Assembly: GCA_025062045.1 (NCBI GenBank)
Contig: JANXAF010000009.1
Span: 426-64,425 of the forward strand
From: Thermodesulfobacteriota bacterium
GTDB lineage: Bacteria > Desulfobacterota > Syntrophorhabdia > Syntrophorhabdales > JANXAF01
DNA: 64,000 nucleotides
Reading direction: 5' to 3'
Below, in pieces: positions 17,879-28,221 of this stretch. The translations under genes were made by a program, and so were the position numbers. A model generated the notes under the pieces. The model was not told the origin of the DNA, searched no databases, and worked only from the letters and a program-made list of their open reading frames with translations. Numbering within the stretch: the first letter of the stretch is position 1; each line of letters starts with the position of its first letter.

Positions 17879-19069
17879 TTAACTTAAAGCCTCTACTGCT
17901 TTCTGAATCCTCTCAATCCCCTTTTGAATCACATCCATGGATGTGGCAAAAGAAAGCCTCAAATACCCTTCCTTTCCAAACTCGATTCCAGGAACGACCG
18001 CCACATGATAATCTTCGAGAAGCATCTGTGTTAGTGTCGTCGAAGAATCAATGACCCTCTCTTTATGTCTCTTCCCTATTATAGCTTTGAAATTAGGAAA
18101 AACGTAGAACGCACCCTTTGGATTGAAACATTTTATTCCTGGGATTGAATTTAGCTCCCGTACGATATAATCTCTCCTTCTTTTAAACTCCTCAACCATT
18201 CTTGTCACAGAATCCTGCGGTCCTGTAAGAGCACTCAGTGCTGCAGCCTGAGAGATCGATGTTGGATTTGAGGTGCTCTGACTCTGGATATTGCCCATGG
18301 CTTTGATAATTTCTTTGTTTCCCGCCGCAAAACCTATCCTCCACCCAGTCATAGAGTATGTTTTGGATACGCCGTGGCAGATTATGGTTCTCTCCTTTAT
18401 TTTCTCATCTATCGAAGCGATACTTACGTGCTCGTATGAGTCATATGCGATTTTTTCGTAGATCTCGTCAGATATAATGATGAGATTCCTCTCCACTGCT
18501 AGTTCGCCAATTTGACGCAACGTTTCCACACTGTAAACCGAACCTGCAGGATTGGAAGGATAATTGAGGATGATGGCTTTTGTTTTGGTACTTAGTAGTG
18601 TCTTTAATCTCTTAAAGTCGATTTCAAAATTCTCTTCTTCGTGTGTCTCTAGAAAAACTGGTTTTCCACCACAAAGTTCAACCATGGGCGGATATGAAAC
18701 CCAATACGGCACAGGGATTATAACCTCGTCGCCCTCATCGATTATGGCCTGGAGAAGATTAAACAATGCATGCTTTCCTCCACATGTTATTATCACCTCT
18801 TCCCTCGAGTAAGTTAGCCCGTTATCCCTTTTAAACTTTTCGATAACCGCGTCTTTTAATTCATCGGTTCCCGTTGCCGGAGTGTACTTCGTAAAATTTT
18901 CTGTTATCGCTTTGATTGCCGCTGCCTTTATATGTTCGGGAGTGGGAAAGTCAGGCTCACCTGCCCCGAAACCTGCAACATCAACACCTTTAGCCTTGAG
19001 GCTTTTTTCTATTGCCGATATTGCAAGGGTTGGAGATGGTTTAAGTGCCTTTGCACGTCCTGATATCAT
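17879..19069 (-). CDS. aspC: Aspartate/aromatic (class I) PLP-dependent aminotransferase
   Basis: LKPSPTLAI, GAGEPDFPTPEHIK, NYPSNPAGSVY and GVSKTYSMTGWRIG (PLP lysine context). 396 aa. Confidence 0.88.
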   Translation of the reverse strand: MISGRAKALKPSPTLAISAIEKSLKAKGVDVAGFGAGEPDFPTPEHIKAAAIKAITENFTKYTPATGTDELKDAVIEKFKRDNGLTYSREEVIITCGGKHALFNLLQAIIDEGDEVIIPVPYWVSYPPMVELCGGKPVFLETHEEENFEIDFKRLKTLLSTKTKAIILNYPSNPAGSVYSVETLRQIGELAVERNLIIISDEIYEKIAYDSYEHVSIASIDEKIKERTIICHGVSKTYSMTGWRIGFAAGNKEIIKAMGNIQSQSTSNPTSISQAAALSALTGPQDSVTRMVEEFKRRRDYIVRELNSIPGIKCFNPKGAFYVFPNFKAIIGKRHKERVIDSSTTLTQMLLEDYHVAVVPGIEFGKEGYLRLSFATSMDVIQKGIERIQKAVEALS

Positions 19070-19102
19070 ATCTATCTCCTTTTTTAAAATTTTGCGAAGT
19101 TG

Positions 19103-19131
19103 CTATTACAACATTGTGGGTTTTCTGTCAA
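19103..19131 (-). promoter_or_regulatory. Putative promoter for aspC (TTGACA - 17 nt - TAATAG)
   Basis: On the minus strand, TTGACA (19131-19126), a 17-nt spacer and TAATAG (19108-19103), followed by AAGGAG and the ATG at 19069. Confidence 0.5.
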
Positions 19132-19145
19132 TAAAAAGAGATAGC

Positions 19146-20555
19146 CTACCATCCAGATGTAGCAACGCCAGAATCATCAAAAGCGTAAGCTTTTAACTCC
19201 AGAACGGTCTTTGTTCTGTCCGTGATCTTAAACCTTTCGTCAATTCTCATTCCTACCACCCAGGCGATCTCTCCATCAGAAACGACAATGGGTATTTTTC
19301 TTCTTTGCCACCTTGGGACTTTGTTTCTTATAAAAAAATCTTTGAGTTTGACCCATTCCTTTAACCCAAAAGGAATGAAACGGTCTCCCTCACGGAATGT
19401 TCTAACAGAAATATTCCTTGCCTTTTCGCCATCTAAATAGGCAACCATTTTAGAAGCACAACGCGGATCAAAATCGGGACCCTTTTCAAATCTTCTGACT
19501 TCAATCTCCAATTTGAAAACACCAAGAGGGTTCGTTCCTTCTACCAAGGGAAGCACTAGATCCACTTTCTCCTCTGGAAGAAATTTTCCAAATATCAATT
19601 TTTCATAGCATCTTCTTACTTCGAGTCCTAAGGGAAGCTTAACGAAAGCCGAAGGCCTTTGTGAAACTAGTAGTTTCTCTATTAGTTCCATATGGTTTCT
19701 CTGCACTATGAACCGATCGTTCAATTTTTCAAGTAAGATCCCTACTACCCTGAACCTTGTTTCCGGATCTAGCAAGCGAAGTTTTTCGATTTGAACTGTG
19801 TAGAAGTTATCGCTAGCTATGACGCTATTTTTAAGAAATTTATCAGCTTTTTCGTTAAAGGTCTCGTTAACTCTGGATAAGTCATCAAGAAGAGCCACAA
19901 TTTTTTGCTTAAAGAGAGGATTTAACTTATAAAGAAGCGGAATTACTCTATGCCTTAAATAGTTTCTCTCGTAGCATAGCTTCTTGTTGGATGAATCTTC
20001 AACGTACCTAAACCCCTTTTCTCTTATGTATCGTTCGATTTCGAATCTTTCAACATAGAGAAAAGGACGTATTATGAGGCTCCTTCTTAGAGGGATAGAT
20101 GAAATTCCACGCAATCCAGTCCCTTTTAGCACCCTAAGTAAAAAAGTCTCCACCTGATCGTCCAGTGTATGGGCAACTGCAATCCGACTATGATTTCCCC
20201 TTTCAGCAATGGCAAATAGTGATTTGTACCTCAAATCTCGAGCAGCATGCTGGACTGACATACCATGGTTCTTCATATAAGCATAAACGTCTACTCTTTC
20301 TACGTGTAAGGGAATGCGAAACTCTTGGGCAAGCTCTCTTACGAAGCTCTCATCTCTATCCGATTCCTCTTTCCGCAATCCGTGGTTTATATGGGCAAGT
20401 TCGAGCTCGAACGACAGCTCAGCTCTAAGCTCGCGAAGGATATGAAAAAGGCTGACCGAATCTATTCCCCCGGATATTGCAAGTAAGACCCGGTCACCTG
20501 GTGTTATGAGACCTTCCCTTGTGATTAGCTTCTTTACCTTTTGGGGGAGATCCAT
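19146..20555 (-). CDS. tilS: tRNA(Ile)-lysidine synthetase
   Basis: PP-loop LAISGGIDSVSL, the HINHGLR and AHTLDDQVETFLLR motifs, and a C-terminal TilS domain (GEIAWVVGMRIDERF). Confidence 0.92.
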   Translation of the reverse strand: MDLPQKVKKLITREGLITPGDRVLLAISGGIDSVSLFHILRELRAELSFELELAHINHGLRKEESDRDESFVRELAQEFRIPLHVERVDVYAYMKNHGMSVQHAARDLRYKSLFAIAERGNHSRIAVAHTLDDQVETFLLRVLKGTGLRGISSIPLRRSLIIRPFLYVERFEIERYIREKGFRYVEDSSNKKLCYERNYLRHRVIPLLYKLNPLFKQKIVALLDDLSRVNETFNEKADKFLKNSVIASDNFYTVQIEKLRLLDPETRFRVVGILLEKLNDRFIVQRNHMELIEKLLVSQRPSAFVKLPLGLEVRRCYEKLIFGKFLPEEKVDLVLPLVEGTNPLGVFKLEIEVRRFEKGPDFDPRCASKMVAYLDGEKARNISVRTFREGDRFIPFGLKEWVKLKDFFIRNKVPRWQRRKIPIVVSDGEIAWVVGMRIDERFKITDRTKTVLELKAYAFDDSGVATSGW

Positions 20556-20570
20556 TCTTCCAAAGCTAGA

Positions 20571-20798
20571 TCAGGAACAACCGGAGCAACTCGATGAACT
20601 ACATGTAGAGCAGGAAGATTTGGAACCGGAAGAGGAAGGTCTAAATCTGTAACCCACAGAGATACCAAATGTCGACATCTTTTTTTCGGCCTCTAGCGAG
20701 CCACACTTTGGACACTCAGGTTTTTCGTCTTTAAATATTATGCATTCAAACTCTTCACCGCATTTAAGACATGAATACTCGAATATTGGCATAGCCAA
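20571..20798 (-). CDS. FmdB-family zinc-ribbon protein with a Ser/Cys-rich tail
   Basis: MPIFEYSCLKCGEEFE...CPKCGS (two CxxC pairs). C-terminal tail SSSGSKSSCSTCSSSSCSGCS. Confidence 0.75.
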   Translation of the reverse strand: MAMPIFEYSCLKCGEEFECIIFKDEKPECPKCGSLEAEKKMSTFGISVGYRFRPSSSGSKSSCSTCSSSSCSGCS

Positions 20799-20803
20799 CC
20801 TCC

Positions 20804-21733
20804 TTAAATGTGTCTTTTTGTCTTCTGTTCTCTTTTTAAATCCGATATGAGACCATGTAAATTCTCGACAAGTTGCGAAGGCACAGTTTTTATGTTTGAG
20901 GCTTCTAATGCTTTCTGGGCAGATATTACCGATTGTTTAATCTTTCCCTTAAGATAGCAGGCGAACGCGGAAGCATAATGATAATAAAAAAGTGCCTCTT
21001 TCCTCAGATTTCCCGAGTCCAAGGCGTTTCTGAATGCAAGTCTAGCCTCATCGTAATAGTCACTCGAAAGGTAACTCAATCCCGCAAGAAAAAACAATTT
21101 CTTTTTCCCATCGCTAAAAAGCTCTCTCACCATCTCACCCAACCTTTTTCTGCCATATACTGAGACGAAGATCTTCTGGTTTTCTAAGATAAAGCGGGGC
21201 AAAAGCTGATTGTTTCTGTATGTCAATATGAGGTCTTTAAGCTGCTCCGAAAGTTCTTTTATCAGTTTTTTCAATTCCAGAAATCCCTCTTTCAGCCTTT
21301 TTTCGGCTTTGACGATTAGATACTCCATCTCTTTTAAAATCTTTTTCTCTTTTTCTCCCACTTTGTCCTTGACCATAAACGTTTTCGGTCTGTAATACTC
21401 CAGTTGATAGACATTTTCTCTTAGCTTCATAGCTTCATGGAAAATATATCCCACTGTTATATCGTAGAGCTTTTCTTTGTAAGATGCGGATTCGGAATTT
21501 CTGAAAAGCTCGTGACACATTTCTTTTAACCTGAATAGACAACTTTTTCCCCTATCATCGACAAATTCCTCAACCTTCGAAAATGAGAGAGCATTATTTC
21601 TATAGAGCCTTCTTAAATCGCTAAATTTTTTCATGACCAGAATCGATTCCTCAATTAGGTCTATCTGCCGTTTCTCCAAGTTTGACTTCCCCATCTTTTG
21701 CGCCGTAAATGATGGCCCGGAGCTCGTTTCCAT
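20804..21733 (-). CDS. Hypothetical protein with a TPR-like C-terminal region (start uncertain)
   Basis: A long ORF with no recognisable catalytic motif. The annotated start overlaps the ftsH 3' end by 83 nt. An in-frame ATG at 21634 (MKKFSDL...) would remove the overlap. Confidence 0.5.
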   Translation of the reverse strand: METSSGPSFTAQKMGKSNLEKRQIDLIEESILVMKKFSDLRRLYRNNALSFSKVEEFVDDRGKSCLFRLKEMCHELFRNSESASYKEKLYDITVGYIFHEAMKLRENVYQLEYYRPKTFMVKDKVGEKEKKILKEMEYLIVKAEKRLKEGFLELKKLIKELSEQLKDLILTYRNNQLLPRFILENQKIFVSVYGRKRLGEMVRELFSDGKKKLFFLAGLSYLSSDYYDEARLAFRNALDSGNLRKEALFYYHYASAFACYLKGKIKQSVISAQKALEASNIKTVPSQLVENLHGLISDLKREQKTKRHI

Positions 21734-23606
21734 CTAAGGACTCCTTTTCGAGGAGTGTTTTTGCTACTTTTTCTAAAAGCTCCTTATTCTTTGTGAGGGT
21801 CTCTTTGACCTTCTCGTACGCTTCGTTTATCAGCCTTTTTATCTCCTCATCTATCTGTCTTGCCGTTTCCTCACTGTAATCCTTTCCAGTAAAAGTTGGA
21901 GCCACATCAAGAAATAGAGGCTTTCTTTCCCTTTCAAATGTTACGTAACCTATCTTTTCACTCATTCCATACTCTTTAACCATCGATTTCGCAATGTCCG
22001 TTGCTCTTGCAAGATCATTCTGGGCACCTGTGGAGATTTCACCAAATATTATTTCCTCTGCAACCCTTCCGGCAAGTAGGACACAGAGCCGATCGAAGAG
22101 CTCCTTTTTGGTCATGAGGTATCTGTCCTCTGTCGGTAACTGCAGAGTGTATCCGAGAGCCGCGATACCTCGCGGAATTATCGAGATCTTGTGGACTGGA
22201 TCGGTTGTTTCTAGAAATTCAGCCATAAGTGCGTGACCCGCCTCATGATACGCGACGATCTCTTTTTCTTTCTTGCTCATCACCCTCCTTTTCTTTTCGA
22301 GACCGGCAACCACCCTATCTATCGCCTCCTCAAACTCCTCCATTGTAACTTTGTTTTTGCCTTTTCGAGCGGCAAGAAGGGCTGCCTCATTCACCAAATT
22401 TGCTAAATCTGCCCCAACAAAACCAGGCGTTCTAGCAGCTATCACCTTTAAATCTACGCTTTTATCTATCTTTACGTTTCTCACGTGTACCTTCAGGATC
22501 TCCTCCCTTCCCTTTATATCGGGCCTGTCCACAAGGATGTGTCTGTCGAATCTACCCGGTCTTAAAAGGGCTGGATCGAGTATTTCGGGTCTATTGGTGG
22601 CTCCCATTATGATTACACCTCTTTTTGTGTCAAAACCATCCATCTCGGCAAGTAGCTGGTTTAAGGTTTGTTCTCTCTCATCATGGGAAGCCAAAGGATT
22701 AAGCCCCCTTGCTTTTCCTAAAGCGTCAAGCTCATCTATAAATATTATACAAGGCGCCTTATCCTGAGCCTGGGCAAAAAGATCCCGAACCCGTGCCGCT
22801 CCGACACCCACGAACATCTCCACAAAGTCCGAACCACTCATACTGAAAAAAGGAACCTTAGCCTCCCCGGCAACAGCCTTCGCAAGCAAAGTCTTTCCTG
22901 TTCCCGGCGGACCAACAAGTAGGATTCCTTTAGGAATCCTTGCCCCAAGTTCTAAAAACTTCGACGGGTTTCTCAAAAACTCAATTATCTCTTTTAGTTC
23001 TTCCTTTGCCTCATCACATCCGGCAACGTCATCGAAGGTTATCTTTATCTCGTCCTCTCCGTAAATCTTTCCCCTGCTTTTTCCAAAACTGAGCACACTT
23101 GTAGGTGCACCCCCTGCTCGCCGTAGGAGAAAATTCCATATTAGCAGAATGATGATAAAGGGTAGTATCCAAGAAAAAAAAGCCTTGGCAATCTTATTTT
23201 CGTGGCGACCCGCAAATTTGATATTGTGCATCATAAGATCTTTTACGAGGTTTGGGTCTTCAACCCTATTTGTTACAAATTTGCCTTTAGTTCCGTCGTC
23301 TTTTATGTAGGTCCCCTGAATCGTTTCCGCATTGATGACAATATCACTTATTTTACCCTGGCCAATCATCGATCGAAACTCGCTGTAAGGAATGTTTTTT
23401 ACTTCCTCTGTAAAAAGGTAAGTATTAAGAATGAGGATTGCGATGAAAGCAAGGACAAAGTAAAGAAAAGTGAAGTTTTTTTTTGACTTTGGCTGATCTT
23501 TCTCTTTAAGTTCGAGAAAGATCTTTTTTTCCTTCTTTTTTGAGCGGGACATATTCTTCTTCATAGTTAAGTTTATCAGAAAAAACCCCTTTTTTAAAGT
23601 TAGCAC
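21651..23606 (-). CDS. ftsH: ATP-dependent zinc metalloprotease FtsH
   Basis: Walker [13 protein letters not shown], Walker [10 protein letters not shown], the SRH region and zinc site HEAGHAL. Two N-terminal TM segments. Confidence 0.95.
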   Translation of the reverse strand: MLTLKKGFFLINLTMKKNMSRSKKKEKKIFLELKEKDQPKSKKNFTFLYFVLAFIAILILNTYLFTEEVKNIPYSEFRSMIGQGKISDIVINAETIQGTYIKDDGTKGKFVTNRVEDPNLVKDLMMHNIKFAGRHENKIAKAFFSWILPFIIILLIWNFLLRRAGGAPTSVLSFGKSRGKIYGEDEIKITFDDVAGCDEAKEELKEIIEFLRNPSKFLELGARIPKGILLVGPPGTGKTLLAKAVAGEAKVPFFSMSGSDFVEMFVGVGAARVRDLFAQAQDKAPCIIFIDELDALGKARGLNPLASHDEREQTLNQLLAEMDGFDTKRGVIIMGATNRPEILDPALLRPGRFDRHILVDRPDIKGREEILKVHVRNVKIDKSVDLKVIAARTPGFVGADLANLVNEAALLAARKGKNKVTMEEFEEAIDRVVAGLEKKRRVMSKKEKEIVAYHEAGHALMAEFLETTDPVHKISIIPRGIAALGYTLQLPTEDRYLMTKKELFDRLCVLLAGRVAEEIIFGEISTGAQNDLARATDIAKSMVKEYGMSEKIGYVTFERERKPLFLDVAPTFTGKDYSEETARQIDEEIKRLINEAYEKVKETLTKNKELLEKVAKTLLEKESLDGNELRAIIYGAKDGEVKLGETADRPN

Positions 23607-23608
23607 GG

Positions 23609-25882
23609 CTATTTCGAGAACACGCTCACGAAAAGCTTACTTCCTTCGGTACAAACCCTTGTAAACCCAGAATCCGACGTGCTCAATACAGGGATATTTA
23701 AAATCTCGTAGGTTCTAAGAACTCTTTTCGATAACTCGCCTTCTTTCGTTCTTCCCGTGAGAATGGCCATTTTTGGCCTCACTGCAAGCAAAAAGCCGAC
23801 AGAGCTCGAAGACAAGCTTCCGTGGTGTGGCACCTTAAGAATGTCCGCATTCAGTTTTTCAAATTGGCTTATTAGGCGATTCTCAACTTTTTCGGTTATA
23901 TCCCCTGTAAACAGAAAAGAAACGTCCCTATAGACTAGTTTGAATACAATAGAGTTGTCATTAGCGTCCTCGTATAAGAAATCTTTGGGAGGGTTGATAA
24001 CATAAATGTGGAGCTCATTACCTAACGCAAGATAATGTCCTTCCCGCCATACTTCCAAAGTAACGTTTTTCTTGTCTAGAGTTTCGAGGATCTTAGTCAT
24101 CATTGCGCTTTCTGAGACAAAAGGACCTATCGCAGTACGTCTAACGTCAAAATTTTCAAGGATGCTCAAACATCCTCCTATGTGGTCTCCGTGGGGATGG
24201 GTAAGGATCAGATAGTCGAGTCTCAAAATCTTTTTTGAGAGAAGAATGGGCGTAATAATGGATCTTCCGGCGTCAAAGTCTCCGTACGCAGCTCCCGAAT
24301 CCACCATTAGCCTTATGCCGTTTGGGGCCTCAACGAGGATAGCTTCTCCCGATCCCACGTCTAAAAAATTTACGCATAGCTTGTCTCCGTATATTTCGCT
24401 GTACGTGTAAAAGGCGTAAAGAGAGATAACAGGGATAAGAACGGACAAAAATAGAAACCTAACCCCTCTTTTGTCTAGGTAGAGCAGGCAAAGTAGCAGG
24501 CCATAGTAAAGAAGACTCTCAAAAAGAAGAGGTCGAAAAAAGGGGAAGATGTAACCGAACTCAGTTATTTCGAGGATTCGCAGATTGAATCTGATTAGGA
24601 GATCCGAAATCTTAAGAAGAATATCAGCATACGGAACAAAGGCTCCTAAAAGGGTGAGGGGAACTGTGATGCCACAGAGTAGAGGAACAGAAATCAGATT
24701 GTAGAGAAAAGAAAGCGGGTTAAAGCCGTAAAAATGATAGAGTGTAACAGGAAGTGTTCCCAGTAAGGCTCCTTGGCTGCAAATTATCGATCCCACTATC
24801 CATTTTAAGGCCCGGTTTTTAATTTTACGGAGGTGTAGGGAAAATCTGTTAAAGAATATAACGATAAATAGGACACTCATAAAGGATAGTTGAAAAGAAG
24901 GTGTAAAGAGAGAATGTGGAGATAAAACCAAAATCACAAGACCACTCAATGCAAGTGTCGACAGTATATGCCTTTGCCTCTCAAGCACAACTGCAAGCAT
25001 GTATATGCCGATCATCAACGTCGCTCTTACTGTCGATGGGGAACTTCCGAAGAAAACCATAAAGAAGGTGAGCGCGGGAAGTGTAAGAATGGCGGAGATC
25101 CTGCTTTCATTTCCGGAAAGTCTAAGGGCTAAAGATATTCCCAAAAGCCGTTTTGTTATGAAAAAGAAAAAACTTGCAATAACACCCATGTGAAGACCAG
25201 ATATTGCGAGTATATGGGCGGTTCCTGTCTTATAGAAAAGTTCTCTTACTTGGGAATCTATTGAACTTCTATCGCCTAGGGCTAACGCTTTTATTATCCC
25301 TTCTTGGGATAGCGAAAGCCTTTCTATTTTATCTTCCACAAGTCTTCTTAAGTTGGCCACAAAGCCCGGGTTTTCTTTTTTTTCTATGACATAACCAGAG
25401 ATGCGATACCTGACACCTTCAAGACTTTTTAACCATCTCCAATTAACAAGATATGGGTTTTTGAGACGAGGATTAAGCTCTTGAAGCTTGCCGAGAAGCG
25501 CAATCGAATCTCCGCTTCTAATATCATCTTTTAATCCCTCGGTTTTAAAAAAAGCTTTAAGTCCTTGAAGTTCCTTTGGATCCTTTACGCTTAGGATGGC
25601 ACCTCTTTCATTTTTTTCCTCAACTTTTGCGAAGAAGAAACTTATGTCCTTGTATCTTTCTGGAACTGGTTCCCAAATCGTGCTTATTGAGAGCCTTAAA
25701 ATTCCTGCAAGGAAAAACGAAAAAAGGAGGAGAACGATAGACAGTAAAGGTTTTCTTCCAAAGGATAAAAGGCCAGCTAGAAAGCAGATAAAAAGGGAAA
25801 AGAAAACAAGCGAAGGCTCAAACTGAAAAATACTTTGTACGTAGATTCCAAAAGCGAAAAGAATACAGAGGATTACAAACAA
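23609..25882 (-). CDS. comEC: DNA internalisation-related competence protein ComEC/Rec2
   Basis: Polytopic competence domain (GTAHILAISGLHMG) plus a C-terminal metallo-beta-lactamase domain (LTHPHGDHIGG ... VPHHGS). Confidence 0.9.
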   Translation of the reverse strand: MFVILCILFAFGIYVQSIFQFEPSLVFFSLFICFLAGLLSFGRKPLLSIVLLLFSFFLAGILRLSISTIWEPVPERYKDISFFFAKVEEKNERGAILSVKDPKELQGLKAFFKTEGLKDDIRSGDSIALLGKLQELNPRLKNPYLVNWRWLKSLEGVRYRISGYVIEKKENPGFVANLRRLVEDKIERLSLSQEGIIKALALGDRSSIDSQVRELFYKTGTAHILAISGLHMGVIASFFFFITKRLLGISLALRLSGNESRISAILTLPALTFFMVFFGSSPSTVRATLMIGIYMLAVVLERQRHILSTLALSGLVILVLSPHSLFTPSFQLSFMSVLFIVIFFNRFSLHLRKIKNRALKWIVGSIICSQGALLGTLPVTLYHFYGFNPLSFLYNLISVPLLCGITVPLTLLGAFVPYADILLKISDLLIRFNLRILEITEFGYIFPFFRPLLFESLLYYGLLLCLLYLDKRGVRFLFLSVLIPVISLYAFYTYSEIYGDKLCVNFLDVGSGEAILVEAPNGIRLMVDSGAAYGDFDAGRSIITPILLSKKILRLDYLILTHPHGDHIGGCLSILENFDVRRTAIGPFVSESAMMTKILETLDKKNVTLEVWREGHYLALGNELHIYVINPPKDFLYEDANDNSIVFKLVYRDVSFLFTGDITEKVENRLISQFEKLNADILKVPHHGSLSSSSVGFLLAVRPKMAILTGRTKEGELSKRVLRTYEILNIPVLSTSDSGFTRVCTEGSKLFVSVFSK

Positions 25883-27378
25883 GTTCCTTTAAAGAATCGC
25901 TCTATCTCTTCAACAAGGCCCAAAGCATCGTGTCTTTTGGCCTCGACATGAATCTCAATGTTAAAGCTTTTCAGTGTTTTAGTTGTTTCCGGTCCTATCG
26001 ACGCTATCTTTGTCTTTGTCAAGACCTCTCTCCCGTACATCGTGACAAAGTTTCTAACAGCCGATGAGCTCATAAACGCGATCATGTCCGGAATTTCTTC
26101 AATATTTTGCTTATCTGGTGGTGCCTCCGCTTTATATACTGGAATTACGTCACAGACCCCGCCAGATGCTTGGATAAACTTAGGAATTGTCTCGTTTCCT
26201 TCCAAAGCTCTAGGAAAAAGGAACTTCTTTCCTTTAACCTCGATCTTACCCAAAATCTCAATTATTGATTGAGACAGATATCTTTCTGGAACAAAATCTG
26301 CTCTTATGCCGTATAACTTCAGCTCGGATGCGGTTTTTGGTCCTATGGCGAAGACTTTTATCCCATAAAGATCGCGAGAATCCATCCCCTTCATTGATAA
26401 GGCTTCAAAAAATACCTTAACTCCATTTACGCTAGTAAAGATAATCCCGTGGTACGAACGAAGCGACTCTAGTGCCTTGGTAAGTGCCTCATTTGGGATA
26501 ATCGGGGTTATAACAATTGCAGGTATAGTGACTACGTTTGCCCCTCTTTCTTTGAGCATTGCCGCTGTCTCAAAGCCCTGATGTGGGGGTCTTGTGACGA
26601 CTATCGTCTTTCCATGAAGAGGCAGTTTTTCGTACCATTTAAGCTTCTCCCTGAGTCTTACAACGTCTCCGATCACTACCACACTAGGGGGACCCATGGA
26701 AGCGTTCTTTACGTCTCGATCTACATTTTTGATATTCGATACAAGAACCCTCTGTTTCGGGGTGGCACCCCATTCGATCACACACACCGAAGTATCAGGA
26801 TCCATTCCTGAATCCAATAGATTTGCTGTTATACTTCCCAAATTCTTCATTCCCATAAGAACCACGATCGTTCCTTTAAACGTGGCTAACATCTTCCAAT
26901 CGATAGCTGAGTCTTTTTTTCCTTCGGCTTCGTGGCCTGTAACTATCACAACCTGGGAAGACAATCCCCTGTGGGTCAGAGGGATTCCCGCAAAGGCGGG
27001 AACTGCGAAACTGGAACTAACGCCAGGAATGATCTCGTAAGGGATACCTTGTTCTGCAAGATATAAAGCCTCCTCCCCTCCCCTTCCGAATATGAAAGGA
27101 TCGCCCCCTTTGAGTCTTAAGACTATTGGGTGTTCCTTAGCCTTTCTAACCATAAGCTCGTTTATCTCGTCTTGCTCCATCTCGTGGGTAGAACCTGTTT
27201 TGCCAACGTATATCTTTTCCGCCCCGACTTTAGAATAAGAGAGCAAGTCCTTGCATGCTAGGTAATCGTATATGATTACGTCAGCCTTTTTCAGTATCTC
27301 AAAGCATTTATAGGTTACAAGACCAGGATCTCCAGGACCGGCCCCCGCAATATAGACCTTTCCTATAGGCTTACTCAT
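25873..27378 (-). CDS. cobA: Fused uroporphyrinogen-III C-methyltransferase / uroporphyrinogen-III synthase
   Basis: N-terminal SUMT (VYIAGAGPGDPGLVTYK, RLKGGDPFIFGRGGEE) and a C-terminal HemD-like half (LHGKTIVVTRP...). The preferred start is ATG 27378 (MSKPIGKVY), which overlaps the ThiF-family stop as ATGAGTAA. The longest ORF reaches 27414. Confidence 0.88.
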   Translation of the reverse strand: MSKPIGKVYIAGAGPGDPGLVTYKCFEILKKADVIIYDYLACKDLLSYSKVGAEKIYVGKTGSTHEMEQDEINELMVRKAKEHPIVLRLKGGDPFIFGRGGEEALYLAEQGIPYEIIPGVSSSFAVPAFAGIPLTHRGLSSQVVIVTGHEAEGKKDSAIDWKMLATFKGTIVVLMGMKNLGSITANLLDSGMDPDTSVCVIEWGATPKQRVLVSNIKNVDRDVKNASMGPPSVVVIGDVVRLREKLKWYEKLPLHGKTIVVTRPPHQGFETAAMLKERGANVVTIPAIVITPIIPNEALTKALESLRSYHGIIFTSVNGVKVFFEALSMKGMDSRDLYGIKVFAIGPKTASELKLYGIRADFVPERYLSQSIIEILGKIEVKGKKFLFPRALEGNETIPKFIQASGGVCDVIPVYKAEAPPDKQNIEEIPDMIAFMSSSAVRNFVTMYGREVLTKTKIASIGPETTKTLKSFNIEIHVEAKRHDALGLVEEIERFFKGTCL

Positions 27379-28150
27379 TTTTCCCACAGACTGCGCACTT
27401 AGGGTTTCTCTCAATCCTTATCTCGTGAAAGCTCATCTCTAAACCTGAAAAAAATAGAAGCCTATTTTTAAGTGTTCCGCCAAGTCCGAGAATAAACTTT
27501 ATCGTTTCCATAGCCTGAATTGAGGCGATAATTCCAGGGGATGGTCCAATCACTCCTATCTCTTCTTTCTTTTCGGGGTTTCTAGGAAAGATGCACTCAA
27601 AACAAGCTGTCTCGCCAGGAACGAACACTGTGACCATTCCGTTAAACCCTTCAACACCTCCAAAGACGTAGGGTATCCTCTTTGAGTATGCTGCTTTATT
27701 CATTATTCTTCTTCCCTCAATGTTGTCCATCGCATCAACTATTATCTGACAGTCTCCTATGAGGGAAAGAACGTTATCTTCATTTATCTCCGTACTTACC
27801 GTCTCTATTTTCACATAGGGGTTTAACCTTTCGAGCTTCTCTTTGGCAGACTCCACCTTCTTTTTCCCAAGATCGTAAGTTGTGTGTATAATCTGTCGGT
27901 TCAAATTTCCGAGATCGACAGAGTCCTTGTCGACGATGACAAGTCTACCAACACCCGCTGCGGCGAGATAGAATGCGGAGATAGATCCCAAACCACCCAC
28001 TCCTGCTATAAAAACCGCTGCGTTTTTTAGTTTTTTTTGACCTTCTTCCCCTATTGATGGAATTATTATCTGTCTTCTGTACCTTCTGAGCTCAAACTCA
28101 TCGAGATCCATAGTCGGTTGAATCATACTACGAAGCACCCCAAAAAGCAA
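27371..28150 (-). CDS. ThiF/MoeB/HesA-family E1-like adenylyltransferase
   Basis: RYRRQIIIPSIGEEGQKKL, VFIAGVGGLGS nucleotide loop, DKDSVDLGNLNRQ, and CFEC plus CAVCG zinc-site pairs. Confidence 0.85.
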   Translation of the reverse strand: MLFGVLRSMIQPTMDLDEFELRRYRRQIIIPSIGEEGQKKLKNAAVFIAGVGGLGSISAFYLAAAGVGRLVIVDKDSVDLGNLNRQIIHTTYDLGKKKVESAKEKLERLNPYVKIETVSTEINEDNVLSLIGDCQIIVDAMDNIEGRRIMNKAAYSKRIPYVFGGVEGFNGMVTVFVPGETACFECIFPRNPEKKEEIGVIGPSPGIIASIQAMETIKFILGLGGTLKNRLLFFSGLEMSFHEIRIERNPKCAVCGKNE

Positions 28151-28221
28151 CGAGAGTGTGACTATCCTTTCCGCTCAAAAAATAAAACTCTTTCTTCCCT
28201 TTATCACTCGTTTCGCGTTAT

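Noticed and set aside
20571-20640. Repetitive-looking purine-rich DNA (ggaacaaccggagcaactcgatgaactaca...) that might be a tandem repeat
   Set aside because: It is the coding sequence of the Ser/Cys-rich C-terminal tail of the FmdB-type zinc-ribbon protein, not a non-coding repeat.
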